Below are positions 18,256 through 27,174 of a stretch of DNA of 64,000 nt, piece by piece. The position numbers and the translations under genes are program-made. The notes below the pieces were generated by a model. It worked only from the letters and a program-made list of their open reading frames with translations, was not told where the DNA came from and did no database searches. The stretch is taken from assembly GCA_025924715.1 (NCBI GenBank), contig JAICHV010000010.1, forward strand, positions 22,281-86,280. The letters are read 5' to 3'. This DNA is from Alphaproteobacteria bacterium (GTDB lineage: Bacteria > Pseudomonadota > Alphaproteobacteria > Micropepsales > Micropepsaceae). Position 1 is the first letter of the stretch. Each line of letters opens with the position of its first letter.

Positions 18256-19083
18256 TTAATGGAACAGAGACAAGATCGTTTGCGGCGCCTGGTTGGCGAT
18301 CGACAGCGCCTGAACGCCAAGCTGCTGCTTGACCTGCAGGGACTGCAACAGGGCGCTTTCCTGCGCCATGTTGGCGTCGACCAGGTTGCCGATGCCGGCG
18401 GTCAGAGTGTCCGACAGCTTCTGGGCAAAAGTCGACTGGATCGAGAACTTCGCCGCACCGGCCGACAACTTGGCCAGAGCCGAGTTGACGTTGGTGAGCG
18501 AGGCCTGGATGGTCGCAACCAAGGTCGAGGCTTTCGCCTGGGTCGAAATCGTATTGGTCGACCTCATGGTCACGATGGTGCCCGACAGGCTCATGTTCTG
18601 GGAAGAGGTGGTCACCCGGCGCGTGCCGTCGGACGAAGCCAAGGCCGTGATCTGGGTGGTCGAACCGTTCACCAGGTTGAAGCCGTTGAACACCGCGTTC
18701 TTGACGATCGTGGTGATCTGATCGCGCAAGGCGGTGAAGTCGGCGTTCAGCGCCTGGCGGCTGGCAGTGTCGAGCGACTGGTCGGCGGCCGACAGAGCCT
18801 TTTGCTTCATCTGGATCAACAGGTCGGAAATCGACTGGCCCGCGGAAAGGGCGACATCGATGGACGACGTGGCGTTGTTGATGGAGCTGACGACGGCGCT
18901 GTAGCCCGCAACCGCACTGCGCTGGTTCTGGGCGATGGCGAAGATGGCGCCGTTGTCGCGGGCGGTGGCAACCTTGAGACCGCTGTTGATCGCGGATTGA
19001 GTCTGGTTGAGGCGGCCCTGGGTTTCGTTCAAGTACTGCAGCGCGACCATCGCGCCGACATTGGTGTTAACACTGAAAGACAT
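18256..19083 (-). CDS. fliC: Flagellin (short, Caulobacter Flj-type)
   Basis: SVNTNVGAMVALQ...SGLKV...; ends LVDANMAQESALLQSLQVKQQLGVQALSIANQAPQTILSLF. Confidence 0.97.
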   Translation of the reverse strand: MSFSVNTNVGAMVALQYLNETQGRLNQTQSAINSGLKVATARDNGAIFAIAQNQRSAVAGYSAVVSSINNATSSIDVALSAGQSISDLLIQMKQKALSAADQSLDTASRQALNADFTALRDQITTIVKNAVFNGFNLVNGSTTQITALASSDGTRRVTTSSQNMSLSGTIVTMRSTNTISTQAKASTLVATIQASLTNVNSALAKLSAGAAKFSIQSTFAQKLSDTLTAGIGNLVDANMAQESALLQSLQVKQQLGVQALSIANQAPQTILSLFH

Positions 19084-19143
19084 ATGCGTCTCCGTTCTGG
19101 TGTGGCGAGCGTTGCCCGTGGGCGTTTTGCCCGAGGAACACTT

Positions 19144-19159
19144 GGCAAGCTCCGTGCCG
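19144..19159 (-). promoter_or_regulatory. Sigma54 promoter of the downstream flagellin
   Basis: Minus strand CGGCACGGAGCTTGCC matches the -24/-12 consensus. Confidence 0.85.
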
Positions 19160-19212
19160 GAAGCGATTCAGTTTTGCTTAAACATCGATTTTCTGCGCCT
19201 AAGGTAAAAGCG

Positions 19213-19303
19213 TCCCGGCGCGGTTTGCCGCCCGGCAGCAAACGCCGGGCAAAAATTGCCGGGAAGGGGAATTTTTTGCCTAGGACTGGGCAAATAGTGC
19301 CGG
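19213..19303. promoter_or_regulatory. Cluster of ftr-like (FlbD enhancer) sites
   Basis: GGC-N7-GCC dyads: cggcgcggtttgccg, gggcaaaaattgccg, gggcaaatagtgccg, about 55-145 bp upstream of the sigma54 box. Confidence 0.65.
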
Positions 19304-19373
19304 TTTTTGGCGGGCGCACGCACAGGCGCAGGGCCGAAACCCGGCAAATTAATCGTTACCAACGGCTGGCACG

Positions 19374-19406
19374 AAAAAAAGGGGCGGTGCCAGGCACCGC
19401 CCCTTT
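19374..19406 (-). terminator. Intrinsic terminator of the upstream flagellin
   Basis: aaaaaaa-ggggcggtgcc-a-ggcaccgcccc-ttt. Confidence 0.88.
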
Positions 19407-19426
19407 GGTCTTCTGAACAGGCGCTT

Positions 19427-20257
19427 TTAGCCGTGGAACAGCGACAGGATGGCTTGCGGCGCCTGATTGGCGATCGAAAGAGCCTGAACGCCGAGCTGCT
19501 GCTTGACCTGAAGCGACTGCAACCTTGCGCTTTCCGCCGCCATGTTGGCGTCGACGAGATTGCCGATGCCGGCGGTGAGGGTGTCGGAAAGTTTCTGCGT
19601 AAAGGTCGATTGGATCGAGAACTTCGCCGCACCGGCCGACAATTTGGCAAGCGCCGAATTGACGTTGGTGAGCGAAGCCTGGATCGTGCTGATCAAGGCC
19701 GAGGCCTTCGACTGTGTCGAAATGGTCGACGTGGTCTTGATCGAGACGATGGTGCCAGACAAGGTCATGTTCTGCGCCGCGGTGGTGATACGGCGCGTGC
19801 CGTCCGCCGAAGCCAGAGCAGTGACCTGGGTGGTCGAACCGTCGACCAGGTTGAAGCCGTTGAACACCGCATTCTTCACGATGGTGGAGATCTGATCGCG
19901 CAGGGCGGTGAAATCGGCGTTCAGCGCCTGACGGCTCGCGGTATCCAGCGAGGGGTCGGCGGCGGAGAGCGCCTTTTGCTTCATCTGGATCAACAGATCC
20001 GAAATCGATTGGCCGGCCGAAAGGGCGACGTCGATCGCGGACGATCCGTTGTTGAGACTGTTGACGACGGATTGATAACCGGCCACCGCGCCGCGCTGGT
20101 TCTGGGCGATGGCGTAAATTGCGCCGTCATCCTTTGCCGAGGCGACTTTGAGGCCGCTATTGATAGCAGACTGGACCTGGTTGAGCTGGCCCTGGGTCTG
20201 ATTGAGGTACTGCAGCGCGACCATGGCGCCGGCATTGGTGTTGACGCTGAATGACAT
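19427..20257 (-). CDS. fliC: Flagellin (paralog)
   Basis: Conserved flagellin termini; highly similar to 18256-19083. Confidence 0.97.
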   Translation of the reverse strand: MSFSVNTNAGAMVALQYLNQTQGQLNQVQSAINSGLKVASAKDDGAIYAIAQNQRGAVAGYQSVVNSLNNGSSAIDVALSAGQSISDLLIQMKQKALSAADPSLDTASRQALNADFTALRDQISTIVKNAVFNGFNLVDGSTTQVTALASADGTRRITTAAQNMTLSGTIVSIKTTSTISTQSKASALISTIQASLTNVNSALAKLSAGAAKFSIQSTFTQKLSDTLTAGIGNLVDANMAAESARLQSLQVKQQLGVQALSIANQAPQAILSLFHG

Positions 20258-20329
20258 CGGATTTCTCCATTCCTACTGGTGGGGATTCGCGTTCTGCGAA
20301 TCCGAGGGCAAAGGACCCGACGGAACTTT

Positions 20330-20345
20330 TGCAATGCGCGTGCCA
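20330..20345 (-). promoter_or_regulatory. Sigma54 promoter of the upstream flagellin
   Basis: Minus strand TGGCACGCGCATTGCA, perfect -24/-12 consensus; AT-rich IHF-like tract and ftr-like aggcatgaattgccg (20409-20423) further upstream. Confidence 0.9.
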
Positions 20346-20453
20346 GGTGCTTAACCGGATAAGATATTGATATAATTGAGATTTTTTGCGAGGCCGCCGC
20401 GCGCTATTAGGCATGAATTGCCGTAAGCGGAAGTTTTTTCCCAGCCAAAAACG

Positions 20454-20481
20454 AAAAAGCCGGCGCTCACGCGCCGGCTTT
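20454..20481 (-). terminator. Intrinsic terminator after flaF
   Basis: aaaaagccggcgc-tcac-gcgccggcttt. Confidence 0.85.
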
Positions 20482-20505
20482 GGCGATTGAAAAAAGATGG
20501 CGGGC

Positions 20506-20859
20506 TCAGCCGGCCTTGCTTTGCAGGCCTTGCATGATGGTGCGGTTGATTTCGATCAAAGGATCGATCGGCGCCTTTTCGCGGGTCACCTTGCGCGAAT
20601 ATTTCGACACCCAGAGCGACAGCGACACGATCTTGGCGCGCACGTCCTGGGTCAGAGAATTGCGGTCGTCCATACAGTCGGCCGCCAGCGTGCGCCAGAG
20701 CCGGCGATTCCAGTCGATCGCTTCGACCAGGGGCGTGCCGACGGCGCCGGCCTGCTTGACCTCGAGCAGCGCTCCCGTTACCTGGCCGAACAGCCGGTAT
20801 TCCGTGGCGCGCGGATCTTCAACCGCGCGCTGAACGCTTTGATAGGCTTGTAACGTCAT
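20506..20859 (-). CDS. flaF: Flagellar biosynthesis regulator FlaF
   Basis: AY...DPRATEYRLF...NRRLWRTLAADC...SLSLWV...LIEINRTIMQGL. Confidence 0.95.
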   Translation of the reverse strand: MTLQAYQSVQRAVEDPRATEYRLFGQVTGALLEVKQAGAVGTPLVEAIDWNRRLWRTLAADCMDDRNSLTQDVRAKIVSLSLWVSKYSRKVTREKAPIDPLIEINRTIMQGLQSKAG

Positions 20860-21244
20860 AATTCAGGCGCTCCTGCTCATAATCGAACAATTTCCGGCAT
20901 GCGATCAAAGCCTTGTAATAGGCCCCCTGGGTAACATCGCGGCTGATCTCGACACAGGTGGCCAGCACGTCGCGGTTCTGGATCGCGCCCATGAATTCGG
21001 TCATGCGCAGCGCGAACTCGTTATAGGGTTCCTCGCTGCTCTCCTGATCCAGATACATCAGCATGATCGCCAGATAGACCATGCGGGCGGGAGTTTTGGC
21101 GTCCTTGGGATGCATGATGTCTTTTTCGCGCAGCACGCAGGCCTTGTTCTGGATCACCAGGCTGGTGCGCTTGTCGCCATTGGCGAGGACCGCGCCATTC
21201 AGCACGAATTTCTCGCCCGGCTTCAAAGAAAGTTTCAGCGGCAT
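20819..21244 (-). CDS. flbT: Flagellar biosynthesis repressor FlbT
   Basis: MPLKLSLKPGEKFVLNGAVLANGD...TPARMVY...YYKALIACRKL. Confidence 0.95.
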   Translation of the reverse strand: MPLKLSLKPGEKFVLNGAVLANGDKRTSLVIQNKACVLREKDIMHPKDAKTPARMVYLAIMLMYLDQESSEEPYNEFALRMTEFMGAIQNRDVLATCVEISRDVTQGAYYKALIACRKLFDYEQERLNYDVTSLSKRSARG

Positions 21245-21389
21245 GGCCCGATCCTTCGGCAATCTGTAGGGACGACCATAGATGCGAAGGGTTAATAAAT
21301 GCCTTTCGCTTTCTTAGCCCCCGTTCACGCCGGATTAAACATAAGCCGTTTTGATGCGGGCCGGATTTCATTGTTAAGGGACCGTTTTC

Positions 21390-23138
21390 ATGGCCCAGGC
21401 CGCGCCTTTGCAGAGCATCGATTCCTTAAGCGGCGTCGACGCCAAGATGCAGGCGCTTGATCGCCTGGAACAGCTCACCGACGAGCTGAGTTCCGAGATC
21501 GCCCGTCACAAATCCAATATCGCCCTGAAGCGCTCCATCCGCTATTGGCGCCGTGGCGACATTGTAAAGGCCGGCCAATGGGCGCTGAAAGCCACCGACA
21601 TCGACGGCACCAATGCCAAGGCCTTCCATGTGCTGGCCATGGCGCTGGAACGGATGGGCCATCTGCACAAGGCGCTGGTGACTTATGAACGTGCCTTCGA
21701 GCTCGACCCCGAAGACCCCGAACTGCTGATCAATCTGGGGCTAACCGCCTGGAATCTGAAACTGACCAAAGGCGCGGAGCAAATGTTCCGCCTTTACATC
21801 GCTGCCAAGCCGGATTCGCCCTTGGGCTACAACAACTTGGGCAGCGTGCAATGCGATCTGGGCCAGCCGGAAATCGCCATCGAAACCTTGAAAGCCGCCA
21901 TCAATCAGATGCCGCAGGAAACCATCCTGTGGAACAGCTTTGCCACCGTGCTGGCCGAGGAAGGCCGCGCCGATGAGAGCTTGGTGTTCTACAACGAAGC
22001 CATCCGGCTGGAGCCCGGCTTCGCCCGCGCCTATCACAATCTGGGCTACGCCTTCCAACATCTCGGCCGGCTGGAAGAGGCGCTGGAGAATTACGACAAG
22101 GCGCTGGAACGGTCCAAGGATCCCAGCGAGCGGCGCGAAACCTCTCATTCGCGCAGCATCTGCCTGATCGGCGCCGGCAAGCTCGAAGAAGGCTTTGCCG
22201 CATACGAGATTCGCAACAGCGAGCGCTTCCGCTCCTATCTGCATCATGTCATCCGGGCGCCGCGTTGGAACGGCGAGCCGGTGGAAGACATGAAACTGCT
22301 TCTGGTCGGCGAACAGGGGCTGGGCGATGAATTCATGTTCGCCAATGTTCTGCCCGATATCGTGCGCGACTTGGGGACGCATGGCTTGCTGCAGATCGCG
22401 GTCGATCCCCGTTTGGTGCCGCTGTTCCAGCGCAGCTTTCCCGACGCCGAAGTTGGCGCCTATGACGACAAGACCCTGATCGACAATGACGGCAACAAGG
22501 CTCTGCGGCTGATCCCCTTCGCTTCCAATGGCAATGAGCCCGATATGTGGGCGCCGATGGGCACCGCCTTGGCTTATTATCGCAAGCAACTCAGCGACTT
22601 TCCCCACCAGCCCTTCCTGGTGCCGGACCGGGCGCGAGTGGAGGATTTCCGCCTTCAACTGGACGCGCTGCCGGGCAAGAAAGTCGGCTTGTGCTGGCGC
22701 TCGATGATGCTGGGCGCCAAGCGGGCGAAATATTTCTCGCCCATCGAAGGATGGGGCCCGCTGCTTCAGACCAAGGGCGTCAGCTTCGTCAATCTGCAAT
22801 ATGGCGATTGCACCGCCGAAATCGCCCGCGCGCAGGACGCCTTCGGAATCAAGATCCACAGCATCGAGGGGTTGGACCTGCGCGACGATATCGACGGCGC
22901 CGCGGCCTTGTCGGCGGCGCTGGACCTGGTGCTGTCGGCCCCCACCGCCGCCGCGGCCGCCGCGGCCAGTGTCGGCACGGAAGTATGGTTCCTGACGGCG
23001 GGGCGCACCTGGCCGCAATTGGGGACTGAGGAATATCCCTGGTACGCCAAGACGAAAGTGTTTTCGCCGGAAAAATTCGGCAATTGGACAGAGCTTATGC
23101 CGCGCGTCGCGGCCAGCCTGGCCGAGTTCGCGGGCTGA
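21390..23138 (+). CDS. flmG: Flagellin glycosyltransferase FlmG/FlbA-type (TPR + GT-B)
   Basis: TPR repeats, EQGLGDEFMF, KVGLCWRS, FVNLQYG; adjacent to flbT-flaF-flagellins as in Caulobacter. Confidence 0.8.
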   Translation: MAQAAPLQSIDSLSGVDAKMQALDRLEQLTDELSSEIARHKSNIALKRSIRYWRRGDIVKAGQWALKATDIDGTNAKAFHVLAMALERMGHLHKALVTYERAFELDPEDPELLINLGLTAWNLKLTKGAEQMFRLYIAAKPDSPLGYNNLGSVQCDLGQPEIAIETLKAAINQMPQETILWNSFATVLAEEGRADESLVFYNEAIRLEPGFARAYHNLGYAFQHLGRLEEALENYDKALERSKDPSERRETSHSRSICLIGAGKLEEGFAAYEIRNSERFRSYLHHVIRAPRWNGEPVEDMKLLLVGEQGLGDEFMFANVLPDIVRDLGTHGLLQIAVDPRLVPLFQRSFPDAEVGAYDDKTLIDNDGNKALRLIPFASNGNEPDMWAPMGTALAYYRKQLSDFPHQPFLVPDRARVEDFRLQLDALPGKKVGLCWRSMMLGAKRAKYFSPIEGWGPLLQTKGVSFVNLQYGDCTAEIARAQDAFGIKIHSIEGLDLRDDIDGAAALSAALDLVLSAPTAAAAAAASVGTEVWFLTAGRTWPQLGTEEYPWYAKTKVFSPEKFGNWTELMPRVAASLAEFAG

Positions 23139-23444
23139 TCAGTCCAGCACCCAGATAAAGGGCCGGCCGCGAGATTTGGGTTTCCAGCCCGCCTCCATCG
23201 CTTGGCGGATATCGCCGGCGATCCGGTCCTGGTCGATTTCAGGACGCCCGGTCTTGCCCAGGTCCTGGAAAGGATATTCCAGGATCAATTCGCGATGGGG
23301 CTCGTCGGAGCGCTCGACGCTGATGCGCACACCGATATGTTCGCCATCGGGACTCCAAACCTGTTCGCTGCGCAGCGTCCAGCGCAAAGGAAAGCCATCG
23401 ATTTCCAGCACTCCCGTCAGCTCGCGTTTGCGCTTTTTGGTCAT
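23139..23444 (-). CDS. Hypothetical protein
   Basis: 101-aa ORF with ATG, directly after the transglutaminase gene; ends AMEAGWKPKSRGRPF. Confidence 0.65.
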   Translation of the reverse strand: MTKKRKRELTGVLEIDGFPLRWTLRSEQVWSPDGEHIGVRISVERSDEPHRELILEYPFQDLGKTGRPEIDQDRIAGDIRQAMEAGWKPKSRGRPFIWVLD

Positions 23445-23473
23445 GATCCCTGACGGCTCGGGCTGGGCAGCGT

Positions 23474-24439
23474 TTATTGCTGCTGTTGCTGTTGTTGCTG
23501 GTGATAGAGCCGTTCGGGCATGGAGGGCGTCGCGTGGGTGGTCATCGGGCGGGCCACTTTGAGGAAATCCTCATGGCGGACCGGCGCCTGGGTCGGCTCG
23601 ATCGACACCGCGATGGAAAGCTCGCTGTCGGCGCCGCCCTTGAAGGTGCCGCGGGTCGGCGGGACGTCCTGGTAATCGCGGCCGACCGCGGCGCGCACAT
23701 GGCGCTCACCGGCCATGATGTCGTTGGTGGGATCGAAACCGACCCAGCCCAGCGAGGGCAGATAGCATTCCACCCAGGCATGGGTGGCATCGGCCTGGGA
23801 ACGGTCGCGGTTGCCGCGATGATACATATAGCCCGAGACATAACGCGTCGGCACGCCCCAGGCCCGGGCGATGGCGGTCATGATATGGGCGAAATCCTGA
23901 CACACCCCGCGCCTTTCGCGCAGCGCGGTTTCGATCGGGGAATGGACTTCGGTGATTCCGGATTGATATTCGAAGGATTGATAGATCGTGCGATTGAGCG
24001 ATTTGATCGCGGTCAGGGGATCGCCGACCGGTTTTTCCAGCTCGGCGATCTTCATGAAAGTGAGAAGTTCTGGCGAGAGTCGGGCGAATTTCGATGGTCC
24101 CAACATGTCGAAATGATCGTCGGTGAGATTGTAATTGTTGTAGCGGCCCCATTCCAGATCGTCGAGCTTTTCGGGCAGGACCATGAAGGTGCCCAATTCG
24201 ACCACCGCCTGGGCCTCTATGCGCAGCTCTTCATGCTGGCGCAGCAGATTGAAATGATAGACCGCGTTGCCCAGATGATCGGTATAGGCATAAAGCTGGG
24301 CGCGGGGGTTGGTGGAAATCTGGAAGCTGCGCAAAGTCTGCGGCCCTTCGGACCGCGGCTGCATACGCAATTCCATCACCGATTCCCGCACCGGCTCGGA
24401 GTAACGGAAGCGCGTGATGTGCCGAATGGAATAAAACAT
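23474..24439 (-). CDS. Transglutaminase-like family protein with N-terminal bacterial transglutaminase domain
   Basis: YSIRHITRFRY; catalytic RGVCQDFAH, RYVSGY, HAWVE, GFDPTN, GRDY. Confidence 0.93.
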   Translation of the reverse strand: MFYSIRHITRFRYSEPVRESVMELRMQPRSEGPQTLRSFQISTNPRAQLYAYTDHLGNAVYHFNLLRQHEELRIEAQAVVELGTFMVLPEKLDDLEWGRYNNYNLTDDHFDMLGPSKFARLSPELLTFMKIAELEKPVGDPLTAIKSLNRTIYQSFEYQSGITEVHSPIETALRERRGVCQDFAHIMTAIARAWGVPTRYVSGYMYHRGNRDRSQADATHAWVECYLPSLGWVGFDPTNDIMAGERHVRAAVGRDYQDVPPTRGTFKGGADSELSIAVSIEPTQAPVRHEDFLKVARPMTTHATPSMPERLYHQQQQQQQQ

Positions 24440-24505
24440 CAGAGCACCTCAGGATTTTGAGCTCGAGCGCCGCATGCCGTGGCGCCACCCTCAGCATCCG
24501 ACAGC

Positions 24506-24596
24506 TTCCTTCCCCCGCATTGCGAAGCAATTGGCGGGGGAAGGTGTCGCAGCGAGGTGTCGGCGGCACGCCGACCCGAGCTGCGACGGATGGGGG
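24506..24596. repeat. Palindromic intergenic repeat (two-hairpin family)
   Basis: ccttcccccgc...gcgggggaagg, then gtcgcagc...gtcggcggcacgccgac...gctgcgac and ggatggggg. Confidence 0.7.
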
Positions 24597-24614
24597 CAAT
24601 TTGCGCGGAAACAG

Positions 24615-25562
24615 TCATAAGACTGTTTCCGCGCCATAAGTTATGTATGAGGCATACAGCGTTTCGTGAATCTTTTCGCATTGCCTTGTGATGTCGGCCA
24701 GGAAAGCCGCGATGCCGCCCGACATCAATTCATCGATCTGGCCGAAATCGACCGAGGCCTTGAGACGCCCCGCCAATCGTTCGACCGCCGCGCGCCGCGC
24801 CGGCGGCGCGCCGGGTGCCACCCGCGCCAGGGCGTCGGTGACCCGGTCCACCGAAAAACAGATGCTGTGGGGAAATTCGGGATCGAAGAGCAGGAATTCG
24901 GCGATCTTCTGCGGCCGGATCGAGGCGGTATAGAGCTTGGTATAGGGTTCAAAGGCGCTGCAGAATTTGAGCAGCACCAGCCAGTCGAAATATTTGGGGC
25001 CGCCCTGCACCCCGTCCCGGCCGCCGCGGAAATGCACATCCAGCAGACGTCCCAGCAATTGGGCGCGCTCGATATGCTTGCCCAGCTCGAGAAAGTACCA
25101 ACCTTCGCCATGGCTCAAGGTGGAATAAGTGACGCCTTCCAAGGCGTGCATTTCCTCCAGCGCCTCGCGGAACAGCCGCGCCGGTGAATGGACCCAGATC
25201 GAATCCATGGTCACGGGCGAGAGCCGGAGATAAAGCCGGTTCAGCAATTCCCACACTTCATTCGACAGCGCCTCGCGCACCTGGCGGGCATTGTCGCGGG
25301 CCAAGGTCAGCGAGGTGATCAGGGAGGATTCGCTGGCGCGGTCGAAGGCGACTTTCTTGGTGATGGCGAAAGCGTCCTGGGGCTGATGCTCGAATTTCTC
25401 GCCCCGCAGCGCCTCGACCACCCGCGACCAGGAGGCGCTGGCGTCCTCCGGGGTCTGCTCGACCATGGATTCGAGCTTGACCGCCATCACCCGCGAGGTG
25501 TGTTCGGCCCGCTCGATATAGCGGCTCATCCAATACAGGGAATCGGCAACCCGGCTTAGCAT
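24615..25562 (-). CDS. Alpha-E domain protein (DUF403)
   Basis: MLSRVADSLYWMSRYIERAE, ARDNARQVRE, GKHIERA (two ER motifs), FPHSI. Confidence 0.93.
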   Translation of the reverse strand: MLSRVADSLYWMSRYIERAEHTSRVMAVKLESMVEQTPEDASASWSRVVEALRGEKFEHQPQDAFAITKKVAFDRASESSLITSLTLARDNARQVREALSNEVWELLNRLYLRLSPVTMDSIWVHSPARLFREALEEMHALEGVTYSTLSHGEGWYFLELGKHIERAQLLGRLLDVHFRGGRDGVQGGPKYFDWLVLLKFCSAFEPYTKLYTASIRPQKIAEFLLFDPEFPHSICFSVDRVTDALARVAPGAPPARRAAVERLAGRLKASVDFGQIDELMSGGIAAFLADITRQCEKIHETLYASYITYGAETVL

Positions 25563-25575
25563 CTGTTGCCCGGCG

Positions 25576-27096
25576 TCATTGCGAGAGCACCCAGGTATCC
25601 TTGGAGCCGCCGCCTTGCGAGGAATTGACCACCAGGCTGCCGCGCTTCAGCGCCACCCGGGTCAGGGCGCCGGGCACGATCTTGGTTTCCGCGCCATGCA
25701 GGATGAAAGGACGCAAATCGACATGGCGCGCTTCCACGCCATTGCCGACAAACGTAGGTGCGGTGGAAAGCTGGATGGTGGGCTGGGCGATATAATTGTC
25801 CGGATCGTCCTGGATCTTGCGGGCAAAACCTTCGCGCTCTTCGCTGGAGGCGTGCGGGCCCACCAGCATGCCATAGCCGCCGGATTCGCCCACCGCTTTG
25901 ACCACAAGCTTGTCCAGATTGGCCAGGACGTGCTTGAGCGATTTTTCCTCGCGGCAAAGATAAGTTTCGACATTCTCCAGAATGGGTTCTTCGGAAAGAT
26001 AATAGCGGATCAGCCGGGGCACATAGGCATAGACCGCCTTGTCGTCGGCGACGCCGGTGCCCAGCGCATTGGCGATCATCACATTGCCGGCGCGATAGGC
26101 GTTGAACAATCCGGGCACGCCAAGCGCGGAATCTTCGCGGAAGATCAAAGGATCGATGAAATCGTCATCGATGCGCCGATAGATCACGTCGATACGCTTG
26201 AGGCCCGAGGTGGTGCGGGTATAGACGACATTGTCGTTGACCAGCAGGTCGCGCCCTTCCACCAGTTCGACGCCCATCTGCCGGGCCAGGAAGGCATGCT
26301 CGAAATAGGCGGAGTTGAACACGCCCGGCGTCAGCACGGCGATGGAGACGTCGTCATGGAACGGCGCGAGCCCGCGCAGCGTCGCCAGCAATTCCAGCGG
26401 ATAATGTTCGATGGCCCGCACATTCATGCTGCGGAATACGGCTGGAAAGGCGCGCCGCGCCACATCGCGATTGGCCAACATGTAAGAGACGCCGGACGGC
26501 ACGCGCAGATTGTCTTCCAGCACGACGAATTCGCCTTGCTCGTTGCGGACCAGATCGCTGCCGCAGATATTGACATAGGCGCTGTGCGGCACCGGCAATC
26601 CGCGCATCTCGCGGCGGTAATGCTTGGAGCCATAGATCATCTCGCGCGGCACCACCCCGTCCTTCAGCACCCGTCCGTCGCTATAGATGTCGCGCAGAAA
26701 GGCGTTGAGGGCGACGATGCGCTGGGTGAGGCCGGCTTCGATCCGCGACCATTCCTGGGCGGTGACAATGCGGGGCAACAGATCGGTGGGGATGATCCGC
26801 TCGGTGGCCTGGTTGTCGTTATAGACCGTGAAGGTGATGCCCTGATGCAGGAAGCTTTGCTCGCAGGCCTGTTGGCGGCGATTGAGTTCTTCCAGCGGCA
26901 GAGTCCCGATGCGCGAATCCAGCACTTGATAAGGCGGGCGCGGCGTGCCGTCGGGCTCGAACATTTCGTCATAAGCGGCGCCGAGTTGATAATTGGCGTA
27001 AGGCGCGTCTTTGCCGGGACGGGCGACACGTCCCGGTGTCCAGGCGATATCGGGCCCGCCGAAATCTTCTGTATTGGCAAAGGCTTCTTGCTGCAT
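25576..27096 (-). CDS. Circularly permuted type 2 ATP-grasp protein
   Basis: [58 protein letters not shown]; start placed at ATG 27096. Confidence 0.93.
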   Translation of the reverse strand: MQQEAFANTEDFGGPDIAWTPGRVARPGKDAPYANYQLGAAYDEMFEPDGTPRPPYQVLDSRIGTLPLEELNRRQQACEQSFLHQGITFTVYNDNQATERIIPTDLLPRIVTAQEWSRIEAGLTQRIVALNAFLRDIYSDGRVLKDGVVPREMIYGSKHYRREMRGLPVPHSAYVNICGSDLVRNEQGEFVVLEDNLRVPSGVSYMLANRDVARRAFPAVFRSMNVRAIEHYPLELLATLRGLAPFHDDVSIAVLTPGVFNSAYFEHAFLARQMGVELVEGRDLLVNDNVVYTRTTSGLKRIDVIYRRIDDDFIDPLIFREDSALGVPGLFNAYRAGNVMIANALGTGVADDKAVYAYVPRLIRYYLSEEPILENVETYLCREEKSLKHVLANLDKLVVKAVGESGGYGMLVGPHASSEEREGFARKIQDDPDNYIAQPTIQLSTAPTFVGNGVEARHVDLRPFILHGAETKIVPGALTRVALKRGSLVVNSSQGGGSKDTWVLSQ

Positions 27097-27174
27097 CCGC
27101 GAAGTGTGCGGGCCGGGCGAAACATTCGTCAAGCTGTTGCTGCAGCCGCACGCGTCCCACAATCCCTGGTTGTG

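Noticed and set aside
18256-20257. Flagellin pair as a phase-variation cassette
   Set aside because: Same orientation, each with its own sigma54 promoter and terminator; no recombinase or inversion sites
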